Shown piece by piece: positions 28,149-38,700 of a stretch of 64,000 nt of DNA. Both the position numbers and the translations under genes were made by a program. The DNA lies in the NCBI GenBank assembly GCA_000934665.2, contig JYFJ02001786.1, positions 1 through 64,000 of the forward strand, read 5' to 3'. The notes beneath the pieces were generated by a model. The model had not been told where the DNA came from and did no database searches. It was given only the letters and a program-made list of their open reading frames with translations. The DNA comes from Catajapyx aquilonaris (taxonomy: Eukaryota). Within the stretch, counting starts at the first letter, position 1. Every line of letters begins with the position of its first letter.

Positions 28149-29257
28149 GTGAGTACATTCAAATGGACACGTTCGCTCAAGGCTGTACACCTGATGACCA
28201 CTTCCGGTGCATTCAAGGGGGAAGAGGCCTATTCAATGGGATGTACGGTAGGGAACGGTTTTATGACAACAATATTTATGGTGCTTGCAATTCAATGATG
28301 CGGAGTATGCAGCACTTACGAATAAGTGCACAATTGAGGATGTACTTGTATATTTTAACATGTGCCAGATTAACAATAGTCATTTATGTAACATGTTGTG
28401 GTATACCAAGTGAGTAACATAGGTGCGCGTGTATGTAGCAATCGCAAATGTTTTATGATAAGCAGACAAATGCATTTGTATATACATGGCCCATGCTGTT
28501 TGCGGAAATGGCGTCTCGTATCAACATTTGCTACTCACTTTTCAAAGCCAGTTATTGGGAACAATGCGAACATATATTTCAGGCAGCAGTCTACAACACT
28601 CGACAACCTTGATGAGGTTATCAAACAGAGCCGGTATTTCTTTATTTTTGCTAAGCCCCGCAGTTGAGATTCACGCATTATTATAACTTACTGGGAGTTG
28701 TATAATGGTAGTTATAAAAACAAATTATATGTTATTTTCACGTAGGTTGGTACAATTACCGGTCAGTCGAGTGCAAAGCAACAAAGTAATAATTGTCCCA
28801 GCCCATGTTATTCACACCCATTGCCAAATATTGCTTGCAGTGCAGATCCTATTACACGTCATAAAATTATTATTTATGACAAATAAGCGACAACGTACAT
28901 GTTATTTCCTTAATTCGGAATATTACGGGAAAAGTCAACCGTTAATTTCTGCCTCTGGTGTGCAACTCATTTCGTATTCCCATTATATGACGGCAGTAAA
29001 TTAGGATACTCCCAAGTTATGATTTAATAGCGGTGGACGCGTCCCATCGTTTTCAGCCATTCATATGTAATCCAGAAGTCGTCTTAACCAGTCCCACAAG
29101 TGTGGCGGCATCATACTTGGAAAACCAGAATCCGCAATTGCTCAGGTGTTTATGGCCATTACAAAGGCCTGTGTCAAGTGACAACACAAGAATTTCATAA
29201 TTCCCCATCCAGCACTATTAACACGGTACATAATATTCCACGCTCACTCCATTGCAG

Positions 29258-29367
29258 GTATGGCTGGGCAGATGGGCCAACTGAACCCTTACTACAGCGC
29301 TGCATATGGACCACTCTCGATGGCCGCCGCAGCCTCGGCGCAACAAAGTGCCATCGCTCATGCTCAG
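29258..29367 (+). CDS. Sox21b: Sox21b-like coding exon 3
   Basis: Acceptor CTCCATTGCAG| at 29257, phase 1, compatible with the previous exon. Encodes (G)MAGQMGQLNPYYSAAYGPLSMAAAASAQQSAIAHAQ. Donor CAG|GTAAGG, phase 0, compatible with the next exon. Confidence 0.88.
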
Positions 29368-31700
29368 GTAAGGACACAATTTTTTTTTTGCATCTGTCTT
29401 CTCTTACGGTGTGTACCCAAATTACCGGACTACATCTCGCTTTTCTAACGTCGCGTCGGTGTTTCATACAAGGTGTCTGAATGCCTTAAAATTAACTTGA
29501 TCTCCCTAATAAATTATAACACACTCCATTATTGCATAACTTTGGAGTGTAGGCTTCTAACTGAATGCAAGTATTTCAACACTCCATTGTTTGCGTTAAT
29601 CACCACATTTCATGCTCTGTACGTGACGAACTAATAAGTTAAGTTTATTAACTTCAGTACAGCTCAGTTTAATATGCAGAAGTAATATTCCAGGCCTCCC
29701 AGTTGCATCTTCCTTGTTTGAAATGAATATCAAACCATAATTATTCAATTACTCATTACTGACCAGAATATTATTAGCACACGGCTACTAATCTCAACAG
29801 ACATACTAGTATATCTAAATTTATGTAACACCAGTGTTTGCCACTTATAAATCTATCACAATTATATGGAACTTATAATCATCGCATATGTTGATGATAG
29901 GCCTCTTCAGTCGACATTCATGTAGATGAATAGGATTTGCAAGTTAATCCTAATTGATTTTGACAATAACAAAATAGTGTTAGTGTACCATAACACAGTC
30001 ACGGGTGCTGTAATGTTTTGACCACAATAGCTATGTCAGCTTGACTGCTTATGCTGTATGACTGCATATATAGTGCGTTCAAATAATGGCACATTATTGG
30101 CTCATTACACATTCAATAGCAGTTGGCAAGTAGTTCTCAATCCTTTATATGATAATAAGGGATAATAAGGGTCAATTAAGTGCTGCACTACAATTTGTAG
30201 TTTTTACTGGTCATTAAATTTTAGGACTTCCTAATGGTTATCTGAAGCAAAAATAACGCGAAACGTGCAGTTGCGTGCTTGGATAATAATAGTGACTAAT
30301 ACCAGCAAGTGCTGGAATAAACATGCCTTTCCATATGCATAAGCTCGACATTTCACTTTGAAGACTATGCTTTTGCGTAACATTTTTACTGTACTCCTAC
30401 ATGCTCGCCTGCATGTCACCTTTCATGCTAATTAAGTTACATTTTAATTATGTGCCCTACCTTATAGCTATGGGTCTCCAAATTGCCTAACTGGCTTGCA
30501 GAGGGCGTGGCAAAAAAAATTAGCATTTACTGATATACAGTAGTTGCATGTTAAGTATTGTTTCGTCACACACACGGACAACATTGGTCACTCAGGCAAC
30601 ACATGTAGGGGGGGGGGGGGTTGAATATAAAGAATGGGGAGTACTGTTCACGTACGTGCGAAACTGAAATTAACATGTGATTATCTCCTTAATCAGGCCG
30701 ACATTGCAGTCGAGTTAAGTAATTTTGTCCTGGAATTCTGGGGGAGAGAAAAATTAACCTTTAGCGTTGAGGCACCAATGTACTGCAGCCTACTGCATAA
30801 TTTTGAATAGTTTCTTAAAAAACTGTTCATCGAGCGCTGGACGTACTTTAACTATTATTCCGCATTGCAGAGAATCGAGTGGCTGTATATTAAACGTTTC
30901 CTTTTCATCAGAAGTGAAAAGTATGATGAATAAAAGGCACACATGAAGGCTGCTAATTCGGAAGAAATGGCCAAGTTTCTCAAATTTTAGTCACAGACTA
31001 GTGCATTAGAGAACTATCTGAAAAGGTAGCCAACTTATTTTCCTGTCACTCTATTTCAGTTGCAGTACTTTGGCCTTGAATCATGCATGCCAATTCAAAT
31101 TTGATCATGTCAGGTTTATTGGGAGTTTGCTCAAGCCACTGCCTATAACCACTCACTAAGTTCGTGTTGGATAGTTTTTCACGTGGGATGTAATGGTCAA
31201 ATGCATTTCATGCATTCAAGTACAATAGCTAATATTCATCGTAAAATGTCGGTCAGGCATCTGCATCTGTTATGTCTGTACAGAGATGCACATGTTTTTT
31301 TAAAACTCCTCTCCATCTGCATTACAATGCGCAACAGCGTAAGTGCTGCATTGCTGCACATTTTGGACTCTCCTCAACATAATATCTAGCAGTAAATCAA
31401 AAACACTTTACTGACGGAGATGATAATACAGTAACAGCTTCCAAGTTGTCACATTATTGGTAACAATAACACCTATCAGGTCAAAAGAATCTTGTTTTTT
31501 TTCACACCTACAAATTGATGAGACCCGTTCATGATTATATCCGTAACATACTATCGTAAGGAACCAGGGTCCGATAGGTTCCTCATGGAGATCATTGTTG
31601 TTGAAGATGTGTCCGCTAATGTGGGGATAGACGAATGAGTATGTGAAGTCGGGTGTGTGAGATGTGGCATGACGAGGGCCCGTGTTTATTCGTCCAACAG

Positions 31701-32576
31701 GTGCTTCCATCGATGGACCCAGGCGCCAAGTACCGGTCAGCTTACATGCCTCCGACGAGTCTGGCCCACGCCATGGCGACCATGTACCCGGGGGCTGACC
31801 CGTCCAAGTACATGGAGAGTGCAGCAAGCGGCAAGGGCAGCGGCATGGGGGTAGGGGGTAGCGGCGCGGGCATGGGCGTCGGCCAGGCAGCCAGCTACTT
31901 GGACTCCCCGGCCCGCAGCTACCTGGACTCTTCCGCTGCGGCGGCGGCCGAGATGGCCAAGAGCTACTTCGAGAGCGCCGCCTCCAAGATGTACCTGGAC
32001 TCGGCCGCGGCCAAGGCCTACGCCGAGGCGGCCAGCCACCGGGCCGTCTACTCCGTGGCCACCAGCACCCCGACCACCAGCAGCTCCAGCAGCTCCTCCG
32101 GCTCCCAGAATATGGCCATCGCCAGCTCCTCCTCTACCTCAGACCCTCCCAGCGTCTCCAAGGCATACACCCCGGACAGCCTGGTCAAGTCCGAGTGCGA
32201 CAGCCCCGACCTGGTCATCAAGAGCAGCAGCAGCAGCAGCGGGAGGGACGGCAGCGACTGCAGCTCGGCCACGGCTGCAGCAGCAGCTGCGGCGGCCGCG
32301 GCAGCAGCGGCTGCGGCTGCGGCCAGGGGCGACATGAGTGGACTCGGCGCCGGCGCCGCCTCCACCGCCGCCCTGGCCTCCTACTACTCCCAGGCGGCGG
32401 CTGCAGCTGCGGCTGCCCAGGGACACTCTGCCCTCAGTCTGCCCGTGGGCGGTGCCCAGCCCGCCGGCCCCAGCCCCGTGCCAGGACTCATACCCATGGC
32501 CCAGCTGCAGTACGCCAACGGACACTACCAGAGCAGCGGGGCCGACTACAGGCGCCCACTCTCCGTCATTTTCTAG
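31701..32576 (+). CDS. Sox21b: Sox21b-like terminal coding exon (low-complexity Ala/Ser/Tyr-rich C-terminal domain)
   Basis: Acceptor TTTATTCGTCCAACAG| at 31700, phase 0. GC-rich, codon-biased open frame VLPSMDPGAKYRSAY...YRRPLSVIF, stop TAG at 32574-32576. Joined CDS 253+195+110+876=1434 nt, 477 aa. Confidence 0.9.
   Translation: MLPSMDPGAKYRSAYMPPTSLAHAMATMYPGADPSKYMESAASGKGSGMGVGGSGAGMGVGQAASYLDSPARSYLDSSAAAAAEMAKSYFESAASKMYLDSAAAKAYAEAASHRAVYSVATSTPTTSSSSSSSGSQNMAIASSSSTSDPPSVSKAYTPDSLVKSECDSPDLVIKSSSSSSGRDGSDCSSATAAAAAAAAAAAAAAAAARGDMSGLGAGAASTAALASYYSQAAAAAAAAQGHSALSLPVGGAQPAGPSPVPGLIPMAQLQYANGHYQSSGADYRRPLSVIF
32274..32324 (+). repeat. Coding poly-alanine tract (17 Ala, mixed GCN codons)
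   Basis: 17 consecutive GCN codons counted directly, with nearby poly-Ser (AGC)n runs. Confidence 0.9.
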
Positions 32577-34040
32577 CGCTATGACCACCGTTAGTTACAT
32601 GATGATGCCGCCGCCGCCATCAACTTCTTCGCTCAGCAAGCCAGTGGCGTTCTCGCCTAGTTCAACCAGTATTCATTCGTGCAGCGTGCGTGGATCATAA
32701 GCTATTGCGGGGGTGTCGTTTACTTCTTGGTGAAATCGATACGGTCAGTCGCTCCGGACATTCTCTTCGTTTGCGTGCCATAGTTTTCTCTCTTTTTTTT
32801 CTTTCTATTTGTACATAATGTTATAAAATACAGTATAGAATGCTAATTACATGGTGTGATATTTTTGTTATATTTGCCTGCATTATTATGTGTGAAAGGG
32901 ACAGGATCGTCAGTATGTTCCTAGCCAATTGTCGCACGGTTTTGTTTGAAGCGCCTCAATGTTCCTACCATATATAGTTCGGCGTAAAACTCGAGCAAAA
33001 ATTAAATTCTCCAGAGTCGTTAACATTTTTGGTTGACCATCTTTCCTCGCCGATCCCTGGAAACAATTGACCCCCAGCATAGGAAAATTGCTGGCACGAG
33101 ATAACGTGTGCTGCCTCATCATATACGTATCCTTTCCCGTATTAGAGACATTTACGGTCCCATGACTCTTCGAGCCAAGTCAGAAAAGCACGATTATCGT
33201 GGAGGCTATTAGAATGGCCTAATAACTGGTCGGTTTCACCAACGATTAAACTTTCATAATCCCTGATTAGGGCCAGAAATAATACCATTAGGTAGCTCTT
33301 GTGAAGGTTGATCGGTGATTGAGCCGTACGTTGTCGGTCTAATGTAGGGGGTTATTTCTGCACCCGTAACGTTGGGGATGTAACAGGAATGCTGCGTGTA
33401 AGCGACAGTCTGTATTGTAGGTATGTTTTGTACAAATGCTGCATAGTTGGGTGTAAACTGAAGTTTTAAAAAAAACCACAAAAAAGGGTGGATTATCTCA
33501 ATGATCTAAATAATTATTGTGAAAAAAATAATATTTCAGACTTTACACTGTTGTGCCGTTCCAGTCGTTTGTGGTTGTTTTATTCTGTGATGTAAGTTGC
33601 CCTTTTCTTGCTCAAAATAGCCGTTACCTGTGCTGTTAAATTATCGCTGTTGTTTCCTTTGCCTGTATGCGAAGCAGACGTTGGGACAAATATGTAGGTC
33701 TTCATCATTTTGACTGATAGGAGGAGAATAGATATTTAAAAATACTGAGTCTGCATTTATGTCACTCCTTATATACAAAACCTGACAGCATATGGTTGTG
33801 ACCTCGTAGCTAAAAGCACCCTAAACCATCTGTTGTTCCATTTATGGCAGTTCCATTTAGTTTCACGTGCCACTTGCATGTAACCAACTCCTGCAAACAT
33901 TTGTTCCAGTTGCGTTGTTTATGTCGGCTATCTCTGTGTGTAGGCAAATACTTGTTGTATATATTGTAAAATTATTATGCTGTACTTGTAGTCTTTCTTC
34001 TCTCAAACAGTTGGATTCGAAATATACATTTTTTCTCTGA
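32577..34040 (+). other. Putative 3' UTR of the Sox gene; end uncertain
   Basis: U-rich sense-strand sequence after the stop with typical UTR motifs (TGTACATA 32810-32817, TGTATATA 33956-33963). Candidate variant poly(A) signal AATATA at 34021-34026 followed by a T-rich tract. Confidence 0.35.
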
Positions 34041-35509
34041 TGTCATTATTTCATTGAATACTTATGCATTACAATACCTTGCTACACTTGCTATAAAACA
34101 CGACTAATTCTCACAATGGGACTTGGCTCATCCGATTGTTGCAGATGTATGTTTACGACAGTATTGCAGTATATCATTTTATTACAAGCTATAGTTAGAA
34201 TTGCCCTCGCCAAGGTGGGGAAAGCTGCAGTGTGGCTGTACATCGAAGCAATGCTGAAGTGGGTAAGATGGTGAAAAATACTCTTTTTGTTGTTAAAATA
34301 CAAAAGTGAATTATGATATACAGTATAATTATGCTCCTCAAGTAACAGGCCCATTAAACCCAGCAACTGATGATTTTAGCTACAATTTGATATCTGGTAA
34401 TAACATGTTCAAATGACATAAGGGTTCTTGTTCAGGCATTGACTCTATTCAGACACCCTTTGCAGAATACTTTAGTTTCAAATGTTCCACCCTATACTTA
34501 TATAGTTTTCATGAGAGCATCTGCACAATTAGTTCACTAATGTAAGTTTTGAGCATACTATGATTTACACACTGGGATGAAAATAAAGGGCAAGCAAGTG
34601 TGGGAAAACATTTACCATAGCCTATTTTACATGAGTTACTTAAAACAGCATTAATCTGCTAGTTACGCAGGTTTGTTATTGCTTCGATAACATATAGGTG
34701 CAGCATTTAATTGAGGAAGCATGGCAAGAGTTTGCTATATATATGCACATTATATGCAGTAGCGAAAAGAGGTGGTGCACCTCTATTTCTTTAATTTACT
34801 TAGCATTGAATTGCATTTATAGTAATTGCAGCTCATTATTTCGATTACATCAGTCCCATTTACTAACAGTGGGGAAAAGAGGTATGGTGTATCTACGAAG
34901 AATCTATTTTAATACACTTCCGATAAGTAGGCCGTAAATGCAGTGATGATCATGGAGATTATTTTTAAAACTCATGTTCTCGCTATGGAATTTTAAGCCA
35001 CCAGTGTAATATATTTAATGCAGTTTTATGTACAATAGTTATTAGCATTTTAATAATTTATTATTAAATTAATAACATTTTTCAATTATGCAGTGATGCG
35101 ATTGGCCAGATCCAAAGGGGAACCAAATGTATAAATTTGTGGGCTTTTCTTGGGTTTTTAACTAATCAGCTCTCATCGTGTCAATTTTTATCTCCCTATA
35201 TACAGAGTCGTGAAGTGAGTTTGAATTTCTAGAGAGGGAGGAAGATTATGCGGATATTTTGCTTGCATTAGAGATTAACACAGACATTGTTTGCAGAAGT
35301 TTATCCATCACGTACAAATGTTTGTCGAGCACTCAAAGCACACCCAGCAGTTCATGGGTGACTGAAAGGGGAATTGGAATGCGTTTTCATGTTGTTTTGT
35401 AAATTATTATTGTCAATCAATGAATTTAGGCCCCACCTCAAGATCAAGACAAGGAAATGAAATATCTACAAAATCGCAATTAATTCTTTAAAAATAATGG
35501 TAAAGCGCA

Positions 35510-35767
35510 CCTAAGCAGGTTGGTGTGGTGGTTAAGGAGTCCGACTGCTAATCGGGAGGCCCTGGGTTCGATTCCCGGGGTCGGCGATCCTGACCGTGCT
35601 TTTCTGTGGTTTTCCACGGTCTCCCCAGGATAATTCCGGGATCGCTTCCGTATAATAGGCCACAGCCGCTTTCTTCCTTCCCTATCCTTGGCCCCATCCA
35701 ATGGTGGTATTCCAGCCCCCTAATTGAGCACCGATTCTCCCAATGGGGTAAAATAAATAATTAAAAC
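35510..35767 (+). mobile_element. tRNA-derived SINE, apparently full length
   Basis: Pol III A box TGGTGTGGTGG (35521-35531) and B box GGTTCGATTCC (35565-35575). Central TTTTCTGTGGTTTTCC...AGGCCACAGCCGCTTTCTTCC segment resembles conserved invertebrate SINE central domains. A-rich tail. Degenerate TSD AATAATGGTAAAGCGCA (35493-35509) / AATCATGGCAAAGCTCA (35768-35784), 14/17 identical. Confidence 0.88.
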
Positions 35768-38700
35768 AATCATGGCAAAGCTCATTTTGATGCACTGACT
35801 CATTGTGCATACCTGGCATATGCCTTCAAGCCCAACTCTTTATCACTTGACAAAGACATGTTACTTGAATAACTCACCCAACATTTTGGACCCAGATTAC
35901 ACCACCACGCTACCTGTCCTCCACACACAAACGTCTCGTCTTATTGTCCCCCAATAATACTCCAATTTATTTATCCATCCCACACCAACTGTCCCATCAA
36001 AGCGGCCGCCTATGTGGACTTAACTAGTCCAACACTGGGCGTACCCCCTGCATATCCAGCGACCTCCACCAAAAGTACCGGTCGACAACTATGTCCTGCT
36101 TGGTCGTTGGTGGTGGCCAAGTCCTCCCCCGCTATCCGGTTGTAGCATGGCTCTTGGAACCTTGGCGTGTACGAAGAGAATGTATTCATCAAGGTTGCTT
36201 TGGGCAGCCTGGGCTACATGCATGCGTAAAAGAGCCCCATTGGGGAGGTAGGGTGGGGGGGACTAGCAACGCGAATTCCATGCTGATTCAATGGCTGCGC
36301 CGTGGTATAAATGACACCGCTGTGTATTCCATTCTCCGTCCGACAGTTATGAATAACCACATTCGTCATGAAGGGAAAGGGGACAATGGCGCCTGTAGTA
36401 GGTTGGCCCGTTGTGCATGCATGCCGCTCTACCACCAGCGACTCTCTCTCTCGATGCAGCCTAACTTTTTCCATTTCTTTATTCTTTTTGTGCACTGCTT
36501 GTTGACCTGCAAGAACACGCCTTCTGCCCAATGAGGAGCCCAATTTACCTGCAGGGAGGAGCGACAAATGAGAGAGTCCAATCAGCCCTTTCTTACTAAC
36601 AATTCTGTCTTCAAATAACTGAAGGAACAACCCTCTCAAAAAAATGACTTAAATGAAATCATATGATTCCAACAGCCTGTTAATGGCTGAAGGGGAGACG
36701 GATCAATCTGATTCGAGTCCCCCCTCTCTTGAACCGCCACCACTTGTTATGGGGCTCTCCTAGCCCACGACTACAATTAGGACATAATACTTCATGCTCC
36801 AGGAGTGCTGACGGAAGTATAACGACATTAAACTGCTGCCACCGGATAATAAATTATTAATTTCACGCACTTGGGGAGATGCAAGATGCAGAAAATTTAT
36901 GCCGAGCTGTGTTTTGACTGTTGTGCTTGGTTTCGCCCCCTTGTTAGACATGAGTATGAGTCAGTCTAGAAAATACGTATTGAGCTCAAAAGCATTAGTG
37001 GCAGGTTGTCGATCAAAGTTAATAGACGTTGGTCTTTTTTTATACTTTACAGTCCACGAAGCGTATAAGATGGGGAAGAAGAATTGAAGAAAAGAGGGGG
37101 GATTGATACAAAGCTATTGATCACTTCCACAGGACATAATGGGTCGCAACAAACATGAGTGTGTGCCTCATTAAACATTGAGACCAGGCTTTTTCCTTCG
37201 TGTGTCCATCGCTATCGAAAGAACCTTGTAGAAACTTTTATAGAGCGCGTTTGTTTTCAATTTATAGTCCAGCACGCACTGGGTTGACCAAAATGCAACT
37301 CTGGGTCCAGCTGTATTGTGTCGCTGTTTTACACATTTTTAGCTGGCAGTTGGGTGTTGTGTTATAGTCCAGATCGGAGCAACAGACTTCCATTTGGCCC
37401 AATTTAGTTAGGTGGATTCGAGGCGGCTGGCCCTATCCTTTTCCCGCCATCTACATGGGGCAGTGTGGTCACGGTGAGATGGCCTAACGATAGTATTCTG
37501 ACTGGACGCTGTGGAAGCCCATTAGGTGCATGCGAAGCTGGCAAATAGGCGGTCATTGCGCATCAATGCGTTCAGGTGGGAGGTGACCTCCCAGGGTATA
37601 ACAGTGCACCCAGAATCGCTCTTATCCACTTTCAAACACTGTCATTACATTGCTATAGGCAAAAATATGAAAAATACACAACTGCTCTACTTCATACACA
37701 AAAGATGTGCGAAATCTGATAATTATATCAGTTCCTGCTAATAGGTACGGAAGTTATTAATTCCAAATCAATAGTTCAATCCCTCCTTTTTGGGGGAGTG
37801 CGTGAGTTCGGAAGGCGAAATGAGTCAAACGTTGTTATTTTCACTCCAGAATTGGGACGAATTGCGGAGATTGTGCTGATATTCTGGTTTGTTGCTCTTG
37901 AAAATGAGGGTTGAACAAAAGCGGGTAAGGACTAACTGAAATATTAACATCACAATACCTTTCCAGGAAATGAACAAACGCATTTCTGATAGTTCACGCA
38001 CGAACAAATTTTCGCCATCATGTTTTTGTGACGGGGAAAATACTTAACACGACGTACACCTGACCTACCTTAGATAATTTGACAATGCGGCTGACTGGAG
38101 TGGGGTAAATTAATATTTCGCATATTCAATGCAGCTTTGATTCGCTTGTTAACTTCACAATATGTACACTCGTGGTCATAAAGAAGGCCCGTGACAACCG
38201 CAAAGACGGATAATTTTGCATACAACCATCAATGCAGAAATTTTTTGATGACATTGCAGTGAGGGTAGTTTTGAATGTTGAATTAAAATATCGCTTGGAA
38301 TTTACTTTGTTGATGACATACTATTTAAAGATAATCCTTTTTCTCATAGCACACAATTAATAATAGGAATATGACGGATTTTGTTGGCAATCGATACATC
38401 TTCGGGCCATGGCCGCATTATCAATGTCTGTTAGAGCAGTATAGTATAAGCTTACACACAATCCTTGGAGCCGAGACTCAAAATGGCCCAATTAGTTAAC
38501 GTCAGAGTCTGAATCTCTTTCTTGAGGTCTAATCCCAACGCCTAGGAAAGAGCAATTTCCGTGCTCTTTGAAAGCCTCCCGTACTCTTGTTCCAGAAAAA
38601 GCGGAAGCGAGCCAGTAAATCTCTGGCAAGCTGAAACGGACCCAGTCCGTCCTACAAGAAAAGACCTCAAAGGGCGATCCAAAGAACAAGAACAAAATGC

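Noticed and set aside
27595..28216. Antisense ORFs over the HMG exons
   Set aside because: Shadow frames of real coding sequence.
31737..32588. Several overlapping antisense and alternate-frame ORFs (poly-A, poly-L, poly-Q)
   Set aside because: Shadows of the GC-rich, GCN/AGC-repeat Sox exon.
32574..32594. Stop-codon readthrough (TAG followed by C)
   Set aside because: The next in-frame TAG follows after only 5 codons, so nothing supports it.
35513..35590. Possible tRNA gene
   Set aside because: No convincing acceptor stem, and it is embedded in a SINE body with tail and TSD. Called as a SINE head instead.
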